64,000 bases of DNA from an uncultured cyanobacterium (GCA_963719515.1 CAVRCJ010000005.1:32001-96000), one strand, 5' to 3'. Positions 21,917-32,340 are shown, counted from the first letter of the stretch. Notes: generated from the sequence alone by a model not told the origin. Made by a program: numbers and translations.

Positions 21917-22780
21917 GTGCCCCCCAATCGACAGGTCAATTTTTTAGCAATGCGTCTAGCGGCAAGGTTAGGAAGACTAGCGTCTTTCCGGCGCTTGGCG
22001 CTCTCTGCTGACGTTATAGCGCCGCTTCTGGTGGGCCTTTCGGCGATCGCCCTGTGGGAAGCGGCCGTCCGAGCCACGGGCATCCCCCCTTACCTCCTGC
22101 CGGGCCCACTGCTGGTGCTGAAAACGCTCGTTGAAGAGTGGGGAGCGCTGTTTCCGGCTCTGGTTGTAACGCTTCAAATCACCGTTACGGCGTTCGCGGC
22201 GGCGATAATATCGGGGCTGGCCATTGCCATCCTGTTTGCTCAAAGCAAATGGATTGAGCGCAGCTTTTTTCCCTACGCGGTAATTCTCCAGACAACGCCT
22301 ATTGTGGCGATCGCTCCCTTAATCATCATCTGGCTCAAGAACAGTACTTTTGCCGCGCTGGTTGTCTGCGCCTGGATTGTCGCGCTGTTCCCTATCGTTT
22401 CAAACACCACTTTGGGGCTCAACAGCACCGACCGCAATCTGGTAGATCTCTTCAAGCTTTACAACGCCTCTCGCTGGCAAATACTCATTCATCTCCGGCT
22501 CCCTAGCGCCATGCCCTATTTCCTGGGGGGCCTACGCATCAGCGGTGGACTGGCCCTTATTGGGGCAGTGGTGGCAGAGTTTGTGGCGGGAACCGGTGGG
22601 GCTCGATCAGGTCTGGCCTATCAAATTTTGATCTCCAGCTACAACCTCCAAATTCCCCGCATGTTTGCCGCACTGCTGCTGATTGCGGTTATGGGAATTA
22701 GCATCTTTGTCATGACGACATTACTTTCTAATTTTTATTTGCGACGCTGGCATGAAAGTGCAGTAAGCAGAGATTTGTAG
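21917..22780 (+). CDS. ABC transporter permease, NitT/TauT family (start uncertain)
   Basis: QTTPIVAIAPL, LRLPSAMPY and IGAVVAEF; precedes cytosine deaminase. Confidence 0.88.
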   Translation: MPPNRQVNFLAMRLAARLGRLASFRRLALSADVIAPLLVGLSAIALWEAAVRATGIPPYLLPGPLLVLKTLVEEWGALFPALVVTLQITVTAFAAAIISGLAIAILFAQSKWIERSFFPYAVILQTTPIVAIAPLIIIWLKNSTFAALVVCAWIVALFPIVSNTTLGLNSTDRNLVDLFKLYNASRWQILIHLRLPSAMPYFLGGLRISGGLALIGAVVAEFVAGTGGARSGLAYQILISSYNLQIPRMFAALLLIAVMGISIFVMTTLLSNFYLRRWHESAVSRDL

Positions 22781-22812
22781 CAGGGCATTGTGGGCTATGC
22801 TCATCCTACCTG

Positions 22813-24216
22813 TTGATAAAATCCCTGTTTTCGATGATCCCTAATACTGAGCACTATTGGCTTAAGCAGGCCCACGTGCCCGCTTGTCTGCTAGATGTTG
22901 ATGTCTCTATTCCCACCACGAATGACCCACGAGCGACTCTGCTGGGAGACGCTTTAGCGCTTGTCGATTTAGAAATTCGCGGCGGCGAAATCGCTCAGAT
23001 TGTCCCGGCTGGACAGAGCGAATCGGAAGAATTTGCTGCTGTAGATTTGCAGCATAAGCAACTGTGGCCCTGCTTCGTGGATATGCATACCCACTTAGAT
23101 AAAGGCCATACCTGGGAGCGCTGCCCAAACCCAAACCGCACCTTCGATGCTGCTCTCAAGGCCGTAGCTGAAGATGCCAAAAAGCACTGGAATTCGGAAG
23201 ATTTGTACCGCCGTATGGCGTTTGGGCTTAAATGCAGCTATGCCCACGGCACCCACGCCATTCGGACCCATATTGACGCACAAAATGGACAGGCTCGAAC
23301 CAGCCTGGGTGTGTTTAAGCAGCTTGCCAATGAGTGGAGCGATCGCCTCACGCTGCAGGCGGCCTGCTTAGTTCCCTTAGCGTACTTTTTCACCTCTGAG
23401 GGAGAAGCCTTGGCCGACCAGATGGCGGAGACGCCGGGAGGCATTTTAGGCGGGGTTTCTTTTCCCAACCCTGACCTAGACCAACAGCTAGACCGTGTCT
23501 TTGACTTGGCTAAAGAGCGGCGGCTGGCGCTAGATTTTCATACCGACGAGAGCGGCGACCCCACCCACCGTAGCCTGCGACAAATCGGCGAAGCGGCCCA
23601 GCGCCACCAGTTTGACGGCCCTATCACCTGCGGCCACTGCTGCAGCTTAGCGGTGCAGTCTCCAGATGAGGTTGCTCAGACTATCGATGCGGTTAAGGCT
23701 GCTCAAATTGGCGTGGTGAGTTTGCCTCTGTGTAACCTGTACCTGCAGGATCGAAAGCAGCAGGCGTCTGGAACCTTTCGCCAAACCGCCACCCCTTCTC
23801 AGAAAACGCTTAAAACCGGCCTGACCCCACGCTGGCGGGGCGTGACGCTGCTGCACGAGCTCAAGGAAGCCGGGGTACCTGTGGCGATCGCCAGCGATAA
23901 CTGCCGCGACCCCTTTCACGGCTTTGGGGACCACGATGGGCTGGAGGTGTTCAACTGGTCGGTGCGCATTGGCCATTTGGATAATCCCTATGGGGATTGG
24001 CCCCGCACCATTACGACGACACCCGCCGACTTGATGGGGCTGCCTCAGTGCGGGCGCATCGCCGTCGGCGCTCCGGCAGATTTCATCATTTTTAAGGCCC
24101 GTACCTTCAGCGAGCTGCTGCCTCGCCCTCAGGGCGATCGGGTGGTGGTGCGCAGTGGGAAGGCGATCGATACGACGCTGCCGGACTACGCGGAGCTAGA
24201 TGACTTGATGGGGTGA
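22813..24216 (+). CDS. codA: Cytosine deaminase / amidohydrolase
   Basis: DMHTHLDKG, RTHID, FHTDE, GHCCSL and SDNCRDPF. Confidence 0.88.
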   Translation: MIKSLFSMIPNTEHYWLKQAHVPACLLDVDVSIPTTNDPRATLLGDALALVDLEIRGGEIAQIVPAGQSESEEFAAVDLQHKQLWPCFVDMHTHLDKGHTWERCPNPNRTFDAALKAVAEDAKKHWNSEDLYRRMAFGLKCSYAHGTHAIRTHIDAQNGQARTSLGVFKQLANEWSDRLTLQAACLVPLAYFFTSEGEALADQMAETPGGILGGVSFPNPDLDQQLDRVFDLAKERRLALDFHTDESGDPTHRSLRQIGEAAQRHQFDGPITCGHCCSLAVQSPDEVAQTIDAVKAAQIGVVSLPLCNLYLQDRKQQASGTFRQTATPSQKTLKTGLTPRWRGVTLLHELKEAGVPVAIASDNCRDPFHGFGDHDGLEVFNWSVRIGHLDNPYGDWPRTITTTPADLMGLPQCGRIAVGAPADFIIFKARTFSELLPRPQGDRVVVRSGKAIDTTLPDYAELDDLMG

Positions 24217-24236
24217 GCCATGGGGGTGGGCTATAA

Positions 24237-24628
24237 GTGACATCCTCCCGACGCTGACAGCAAGCTGTACAGCGCGGGCTTCCTCAGTGACTCCCAGCTA
24301 TTGCCGAGACATATCCTGAGATAGGTTTATACTCCGCCTGATGCCCCACGGCAGAGTTTTGAATTTTCATCTCCGCGAGGGAGGATACGCACTATGTGTC
24401 GCAGATACATTTGCAAACTGAGGAACGGGTGACTTGCAGCTTTCGCCTACGGGTCCGTCACACTCTTTGCGGGGTGTATCACCTTGCTATCTCTATCATA
24501 CCAACTGCTAGCCTCAGCGCTGAGCGCACTATCCGCTGTGCATCATTTTGCGGGCGCACTTCGGCTAGCGCGACTCTCATCCCGACGCTCACCCTGACGG
24601 GTAGAGCGCGGGGCTTCCTGTCTAGTAG
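24237..24628 (-). mobile_element. Non-autonomous IS200/IS605-derived element (PATE-like, about 390 bp) retaining both ends
   Basis: Two co-oriented subterminal hairpins (cccgacgctg..cagcgcggg and cccgacgctc..gagcgcggg), each followed by gcttcct. The minus strand ends GGAGGATGTCAC, and TTAG precedes the left end. No transposase ORF. Confidence 0.75.
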
Positions 24629-24674
24629 CTAAGCTATCGCCGGCAAATATTGCGCGACTTCCGGCGCTGAGGAC

Positions 24675-25343
24675 ATGGAAAAGATCAGGCTATTTCTGGC
24701 TTCCTCGTCTGAATTAAAGGGCGATCGGGAGCAGTTCGAAATTTTTATCTACCGCAAGTGCAAGACCTGGTTTGACCGGGGCCTCTTTTTGCATTTGGAG
24801 ATATGGGAAGACTTTTTGGATGCAATGGCCCCTGGGGGTCTGCAGAGCGCCTATAACCGAGCGATCGCGGAGTGCGATCTGTTTGTGATGCTGGCCCACA
24901 ACAAGGTGGGCCTCTACACGGCGGAGGAATTTGGGCAAGCGTTCGGCCAGTTTACCGAGACGCAGAAGCCGTTTATTTTCACCTATTTCAAGACGCCGCA
25001 TGCGACTACGAGCCGGGAGGACCTGCAGAGCCTGTGGGCGTTTGAGGATAAGCTGAAGGCGCTGAAGCACTACAAGACGGAGTACCGAAATATCGAGGGG
25101 CTACGGGAGCATTTTGGCAATCAGCTGGAGAAGCTGGCGGCGAATGGGTTTGTGCGAGTAGCGCCGGAGGCCGGGGCGTCTCCGGATGGGGAGCGTCGCG
25201 CGGGGAATACCGTTACGGTGACGGGGGATGGAAATGTGGTGGGAGACGGGAATAAGGTGTATCGAGGGGTGAGTAATAGCACGATTACGGACAGCTCGAA
25301 GACGTACAACATCGACAAGATTGATAGTGCGCGGTTTGAATGA
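24675..25343 (+). CDS. TIR-like / DUF4062-like effector with C-terminal G/N/T-rich putative amyloid-signalling tail
   Basis: IRLFLASSSELKGDR, CDLFVML, YTAEEF (candidate catalytic Glu) and IFTYFK. Tail reads VTVTGDGNVVGDGNKVY...KTYNIDKIDSARFE. Confidence 0.75.
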   Translation: MEKIRLFLASSSELKGDREQFEIFIYRKCKTWFDRGLFLHLEIWEDFLDAMAPGGLQSAYNRAIAECDLFVMLAHNKVGLYTAEEFGQAFGQFTETQKPFIFTYFKTPHATTSREDLQSLWAFEDKLKALKHYKTEYRNIEGLREHFGNQLEKLAANGFVRVAPEAGASPDGERRAGNTVTVTGDGNVVGDGNKVYRGVSNSTITDSSKTYNIDKIDSARFE

Positions 25344-27289
25344 GAATGGGCGACAAAACCTACAACATCAATACCATTGAGAACGCCCAGTTCTTCAATC
25401 AGTCGCTGGACTACCAGGAGCTGACTCAGCGGATTGAAGAAAAGCAAGAGCTGGTGGAGTATTACCAAGCCACCAGCAAAACCGATCGCGCAATCAAGGC
25501 CGGGGCCGAGCTAGAAGCCCTAGAGCAGCAGCTAGACCAGCTAAAGGAAAACGTGCTGCGGCTGTACGAGACCTTTACCAAAATCGACATCAGCACCGAG
25601 CGGCTGGCCCAGGCGAAGGCTCACTTTGAGCAAGGGGAGTTTCGGGAGGCGGACGCCGTCTTGAATGCGGCGGAAATGGGCCAGGACCTAGAGCGGCTGA
25701 TGGAGCGGGAGACGCAGCTCGACCAGGAGAAGGCAGAGCTTGCTCAAAGCCGCAGCCAAATTGCCGATGAGTTTTTAATTAAGGCGCGGCTGTGGGCCAC
25801 TTTTTATGAGCAGGCGGACTGGTTTGAGCGGGCCTGCGAGTTTTTTGAGGCGGCGCTGCGGGCAGCGCGGGCAGTGGAGGCGCTGTTTGAATATGCGCTG
25901 TTTCTACGAAATCACAATAGCTTTGACCAAGCGAAAGCGCTGTATAACGAGGCATTGCAGATATACCGAGCGCTAGCCGAGGAGAACCCGCGCATCTACC
26001 TGCCCTATGTGGCTGGGACGCTGAACAATTTGGCGAATTTGCAATCGGCCCAAAATCAGCTAAGCGTGGCTGAGGCCAGCTACAGCGAGGCATTGCAGAT
26101 TAGACGAGCGCTAGCCGAGGAGAATCCCCGCATCTACCTGCCCTATGTCGCTACGACGCTGAACAATTTGGCGATTTTGCAATCGGCCCAAAATCAGTTG
26201 AGCGTGGCTGAGGCCAGCTACAGCGAGGCATTGCAGATTAGACGATCGCTAGCCGAGGAGAACCCCCGCACCTACCTGCCCGACGTCGCCATGACGCTGA
26301 ACAATTTGGCGATTTTGCAATCGGCCCAAAATCAGCTGAGCGTGGCTGAGGCCAGCTACAGCGAGGCATTGCAGATTAGACGATCGCTAGCCGAGGAGAA
26401 CCCCCGCACCTACCTGCCCGATGTCGCTATGACGCTGAACAATTTGGCGGTTTTGCAATCGGCCCAAAATCAGCTAAGCGTGGCTGAGGCCAGCTACAGC
26501 GAGGCATTGCAGATTAGACGATCGCTAGCCGAGGAGAACCCGCGCACCTACCTGCCCGACGTCGCCATGACGTTGAACAATTTGGCGACTTTGCAATCGG
26601 CCCAAAATCAGTTGAGCGTGGCTGAAGCCAGCTACAACGAGGCATTGCAGATATACCGATCGCTAGCCGAGGAGAATCCGCGCACCTACCTGTCCTATGT
26701 AGCTGGGACGCTGAACAATTTGGCGGATTTGCAATCGGCCCAAAATCAGTTGAGCGTGGCTGAGGCCAGCTACAACGAGGCATTGCAGATATACCGAGCG
26801 CTAGCCGAGGAGAACCCGCGCACCTACCTGCCCGACGTCGCCATGACGCTGAACAATTTGGGGATTTTGCAAAAGGTCCAAAATCAGTTGAGCGTGGCTG
26901 AGGCCAGCTACAACGAGGCATTGCAGATTAGACGAGCGCTAGCCGAGGAGAACCCGCGCACCTACCTGCCCTATGTCGCTAGGACGCTGAACAATTTGGG
27001 GCTTTTGCAATCGGCTCAAAATCAGTTGAGCGTGGCTGAGGCCAGCTACAACGAGGCATTGCAGATTAGACGATCGCTAGCCGAGGAGAACCCCCGCACC
27101 TACCTGCCCGACGTCGCTATGACGCTGATCAGTTTGAGTCTTTTTTACCTGCAGGACATCCCCAACCGCGAAAAATCCACCGCTCTGGCGCAGGAAACGA
27201 TCGCCATCTGCCAGCAGTTCCCAGGCATCCCGACCGTAGAGCAATATGCCGCGACTCGCCCTCCAGGTCCTCCAGGCCCACGGCGCTGA
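25340..27289 (+). CDS. TPR-repeat protein with N-terminal motif matching the upstream effector tail; no NTPase domain
   Basis: ATGA overlap with the upstream stop. N-terminus MGDKTYNINTIENAQFF, then a coiled coil, then 46-aa kinesin-light-chain-type TPRs (TLNNLA..Y.EALQI.R.L). Confidence 0.9.
   Translation: MRMGDKTYNINTIENAQFFNQSLDYQELTQRIEEKQELVEYYQATSKTDRAIKAGAELEALEQQLDQLKENVLRLYETFTKIDISTERLAQAKAHFEQGEFREADAVLNAAEMGQDLERLMERETQLDQEKAELAQSRSQIADEFLIKARLWATFYEQADWFERACEFFEAALRAARAVEALFEYALFLRNHNSFDQAKALYNEALQIYRALAEENPRIYLPYVAGTLNNLANLQSAQNQLSVAEASYSEALQIRRALAEENPRIYLPYVATTLNNLAILQSAQNQLSVAEASYSEALQIRRSLAEENPRTYLPDVAMTLNNLAILQSAQNQLSVAEASYSEALQIRRSLAEENPRTYLPDVAMTLNNLAVLQSAQNQLSVAEASYSEALQIRRSLAEENPRTYLPDVAMTLNNLATLQSAQNQLSVAEASYNEALQIYRSLAEENPRTYLSYVAGTLNNLADLQSAQNQLSVAEASYNEALQIYRALAEENPRTYLPDVAMTLNNLGILQKVQNQLSVAEASYNEALQIRRALAEENPRTYLPYVARTLNNLGLLQSAQNQLSVAEASYNEALQIRRSLAEENPRTYLPDVAMTLISLSLFYLQDIPNREKSTALAQETIAICQQFPGIPTVEQYAATRPPGPPGPRR
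25943..27128 (+). repeat. 138-nt near-identical tandem repeats (8 full plus 1 partial) encoding TPR units
   Basis: gaggcattgcagat recurs at 25949, 26087, 26225 and onward with a period of exactly 138 nt. Confidence 0.97.
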
Positions 27290-27397
27290 CAGGCCAGCTC
27301 CGGACGGCTAGCCAAGGCTGTCCTCGCCAAAGTGGTCACGAAGCAAGAGCAAAGTCCTTGTCGCCCCCAATATTCAAAAAACGCGATCGCAAATCGC

Positions 27398-27620
27398 AAT
27401 GTGTCACATGCAAACTCAAATGTGTCACATGCAAATTTAAAGATCATCGCTGCACACTCAAAGATCACCGCTGCGCTTTGTAATGTGTCTCCTGCAAACT
27501 CAAATGTGTGCACATGCAAAGATTGCGCACTCAAAGATCATCGCTGCACACTCAACTGCAGACCCGCAACCCTCAATTGTCATCGGCCCGCCTTCAATTG
27601 TTAGGTCCACGCATCGAATT
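27398..27620. repeat. Degenerate 21-nt tandem repeat tract
   Basis: Units aatgtgtcacatgcaaactca and aagatcatcgctgcacactca recur at 21-nt spacing. Confidence 0.75.
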
Positions 27621-27732
27621 TGCGATCGCGCCAAGACTATCGCCCAACAAATTTCCCTAGTACGCTTGTCAGCGTCCCCAACCTCCGCTACAGTACTTAG
27701 CCAGGGACGCAAAACGCGCCCTATCCTCATAC

Positions 27733-27890
27733 GACGCCCAATACTTTAGCGCGCCCCCTGGAAGTGGAACCAACACAACCAGGGAGCTAGCCCCGAGCTG
27801 ACGACAGCAGCGCGGAGGCTGCCCTTGATTTTATCCTGTGGCAGCCACCTCGTTCTATGACGCAACGGGTGGCTGAACGATTTGGGCGTC
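27733..27890 (+). promoter_or_regulatory. Candidate structured 5' leader RNA
   Basis: A closing stem gacgcccaa/ttgggcgtc encloses several hairpins, about 25 nt upstream of the 27916 ATG. Confidence 0.45.
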
Positions 27891-27915
27891 TTCCTTCAAA
27901 CCACAGGAAACACCC

Positions 27916-28305
27916 ATGACTTATATTCTTTTTCCCCCCAGCGCGCTTGGGGCGGCACCGCTCGCTCTATCCGGCCACTTCAGCGAATTTATCGGCGGCG
28001 ACCCCCACACGGGCGATCGCGCTAGCGGAGGCGAAGCCTCTATGCGGCCCCTCGCCCCCAGTACGGGCGACCGGCTGGTCGTCCCTTACACAATTTCCGA
28101 ACCCAACTTCTACACCCTACAGCTCCTCGCTCTAGGACACCCGAACGCCGTCGACAACTGCCGCCTGCGGCTGCACAAGTTGGGCTACGCAGACCCCAAC
28201 GATTGGTCCGTGCCGCTGCCCATCATCCGCTCTACTGAGGTCGTGCGCGCCGCCCGCCCTGGCGACGTCATGCGCATCCTCACCAAGCGAATCCCGAAGC
28301 CGTAG
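27916..28305 (+). CDS. Conserved cyanobacterial hypothetical protein (LHxLGYAxxNDWS type)
   Basis: AGGA RBS. The C-terminal LHKLGYADPNDWSVPLP...GDVMRILTKR pattern is recalled from cyanobacterial hypothetical proteins. Confidence 0.7.
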   Translation: MTYILFPPSALGAAPLALSGHFSEFIGGDPHTGDRASGGEASMRPLAPSTGDRLVVPYTISEPNFYTLQLLALGHPNAVDNCRLRLHKLGYADPNDWSVPLPIIRSTEVVRAARPGDVMRILTKRIPKP

Positions 28306-28380
28306 ATTAGGCCGGGGCTTCCCTTTTCCCTAAGGAGAGTATATGTTCAGCGAGTGTGGAAAATCGCGCTACATCTCGAC

Positions 28381-28458
28381 TTTACCCCCCTCAATCCCCC
28401 CTTGCTAAGGAGGGAAGCTAGGTTCTCCCCCTTAGCAAGGGGGAGCTAGAGGGGGTAA
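28381..28458. repeat. Long imperfect palindrome of the CCCCCTTGCTAAGGGGG cyanobacterial repeat type
   Basis: ttaccccc...ccccccttgctaagg...ccttagcaaggggg...gggggtaa. The same core occurs at 49192-49208. Confidence 0.75.
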
Positions 28459-28499
28459 TCCGAAACGCTAACGTACTTAGAGAGAAGGGAACGAGTGAC

Positions 28500-30020
<1,521 letters not shown>

Positions 30021-30533
30021 TTACCGATCCCGTGGATTGTCACCGTGCTTACCGCCGCAGGCCTCGTCTTTGATCGCCGCCGTTTCGCTGGGCGATCGCT
30101 CTTCGAGCGACATCACCGAAGGTGACTCCATTGCAGATGAGACTTGAGCGGGCAGCATTTTGGGCGGGGCGATGCTCGGAGCACTCTCGGCCTCCAAATC
30201 TTTCAGCGCCTCATCCGGACTGAAGTTGAGTCCGAGAACCGAAACAATTCGATCCGGGCTGTTGTTGAGGCCCACGACTAGGGGCAGAAGCTGCGTCAGT
30301 CGGGGTTCGAGCACCGACAGCGTTGCCAGGATGAAGCTAGAGGAAGGGCGACGCTGCCCATTGTCATTGACCCAGACCGCTAGGTGAATGAGCCAATCGC
30401 GGTTGTCTTGATAGTAGGTGAGCCACTGATGCCTGAGGTTTTGGCGAAGCTGTTGAACGTTCACGGGGGGGAGACGGTAAGGGGTGAAGGGAAAAGCAAA
30501 GGCTACCGTATCACGATTCTTTGCCATTCCCAC
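30021..30533 (-). CDS. Conserved protein between chlL and chlN (DUF5331-like; true start probably further downstream)
   Basis: WLTYYQDNRDW, RRPSSSFILATLSVLEP and LGLNFSPD; typical gene position. Confidence 0.8.
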   Translation of the reverse strand: MGMAKNRDTVAFAFPFTPYRLPPVNVQQLRQNLRHQWLTYYQDNRDWLIHLAVWVNDNGQRRPSSSFILATLSVLEPRLTQLLPLVVGLNNSPDRIVSVLGLNFSPDEALKDLEAESAPSIAPPKMLPAQVSSAMESPSVMSLEERSPSETAAIKDEACGGKHGDNPRDR

Positions 30534-30594
30534 CGCCTTGTGACGTTCTGCAACCTGCAGCGCCTTGCAGCCTCACCCCATGGAGCAGGTCAGC

Positions 30595-31455
30595 CTACAC
30601 CATCATCAGATCGGGCTCGGATTCCTTCACCTGCGGTCCGGCGGGGTTGAGGTAGAAGTCAGACAGCAGCGCAAACAGGTCGCGATCCTGCGCGTCGTTG
30701 GGCACCACGCCCTCGGGGTTGGCCAGCAGTTGGTCGGCGATATTGAGGTAGTAATCGCAGACGTAGTTGAGAGCGGGCTCGGTTTCGGCCATCTCAAACA
30801 GCGTCTTGCCCTTAACGCGAGAGACGCGGATGTCTTCGATTAGCGGCAGAATCTCTAGCACCGGCATGGGCACCGTTTCGATGTACTTGTCGATCAGGTC
30901 GCGCTTTGAGGTGCGGTTGCCAATCAGGCCCGCTAGCCGCAGCGGGTGAGTACGGGCCTTTTCGCGCACGGAGGCGGCAATTCGGTTGGCGGCGAACAGG
31001 GCGTCAAAGCCATTGTCGGTGACAATCATGCAGTAGTCGGCGTAGTTGAGCGGAGCGGCAAAGCCCCCACAAACCACGTCGCCCAGCACGTCAAATAAAA
31101 TTACGTCGTACTCGTCGAAAGCGTTGAGCTCTTTGAGCAGCTTCACGGTCTCACCGACCACATAGCCGCCGCAGCCCGCGCCCGCCGGGGGACCGCCTGC
31201 TTCCACGCAGTCCACGCCGCCGTAGCCCTTGTAGATCACATCCTCAGGCCACACGTCCTCGTAGTGGTAGTCCTTTTCCTGCAGAGTGTCGATGATGGTG
31301 GGAATCAGGAACCCCGTCAGCGTAAAGGTGCTGTCGTGCTTGGGGTCACAGCCAATCTGCAGCACTTTTTTACCGCGCTTGGCCAAAGCGACCGAGATGT
31401 TGCAGCTAGTGGTGGATTTACCAATACCACCTTTGCCGTATACCGCTAGTTTCAC
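30595..31455 (-). CDS. chlL: Light-independent protochlorophyllide reductase Fe protein
   Basis: [34 protein letters not shown] and [11 protein letters not shown]. Confidence 0.98.
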   Translation of the reverse strand: MKLAVYGKGGIGKSTTSCNISVALAKRGKKVLQIGCDPKHDSTFTLTGFLIPTIIDTLQEKDYHYEDVWPEDVIYKGYGGVDCVEAGGPPAGAGCGGYVVGETVKLLKELNAFDEYDVILFDVLGDVVCGGFAAPLNYADYCMIVTDNGFDALFAANRIAASVREKARTHPLRLAGLIGNRTSKRDLIDKYIETVPMPVLEILPLIEDIRVSRVKGKTLFEMAETEPALNYVCDYYLNIADQLLANPEGVVPNDAQDRDLFALLSDFYLNPAGPQVKESEPDLMMV

Positions 31456-32340
31456 GTGAGTTCTCTCCTTAGTTGCTTGTTGGGGGGTGCCGATGGATGC
31501 GCGGTGAGCGCTGAGGGGTGTGAGTGAAAGTTATGCCTTACCGGCGATTCTGCTGCTCGGTGACGTCTGAGTTCGTTGAGCTAGGGTTTGCGCTATCGGG
31601 TCTATCCCGCGATGTGTCCAGTCCTGTAGGCATTATTGTTCAACATCATCGTGAAGCAAAGGGAATGACAAATTAGTTGACATAGTGAGATTACCTTAAA
31701 GGGTTAGGGGTAGTCCCTATAGGCCTCAAACCAGTAATAAAAGCTTTTCAATCCCTAAAATGCCTATTTTTTGGGTTTTGGGAGTTTACTTATGTAGAAA
31801 GCGAAACAAAAAACAAACTTACAGCCGGCATAAATGCTAGCCTCTATAGGCGATAGGGGCGTTGGCCTTGCCTATCGCGATCGCCCCATTCAACCGCTTC
31901 ACCGCCATTTGCATGCGGGCTATAGCTTTCCAGGCTGTACTTACCGTTGAACCAAGGGGAATAGCCAGCTCGCTATAAGCCGCGAGGCCGCTGCGTGGGC
32001 GAGGCCGCTTCCAAACCGGTCTGCCGCAGTGGGCAACCCGTCGGCCCAGCGGGAATTTTCAGGCTTGTTGGTAGATTTATTACAGTTTTCCGTTAAGAAA
32101 CCTCAAGCTTCCGGCCGGCGATCGCCTCAAAGCGCAGCCTGCAGGCCTGATTCGGCCTAATCTTTAGCTTTACTAAAGCCCCGTGAGCCCCCACTCAGAT
32201 CAATTGCATAATAGATAACTGCTGGACAAGCTCCGTGGAGCTGCCGGACGCCGAGTCGTGGAGCGCAGCGGTGAGGTGGCAGCTTGCCAAACTTATTAGA
32301 GATACAGCTTAGAGATATCGCGATACTTAAGGAGAGAGCA

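Noticed and set aside
25943..27128. Diversity-generating retroelement acting on the TPR repeats (position-32 codons look like AAT variants)
   Set aside because: There is no reverse transcriptase or non-coding template repeat in the window, and other variable sites (tat/gac, ata-tac/att-aga) are not adenine-specific. Recombination plus selection explains the pattern.
27398..27640. CRISPR array
   Set aside because: Units are contiguous 21-mers without unique spacers, and there are no cas genes.
31456..32340. Regulatory RNA or defined TF boxes in the long chlL-hemL intergenic region
   Set aside because: An AT-rich promoter-like tract is present, but I found no motif I can match with confidence.
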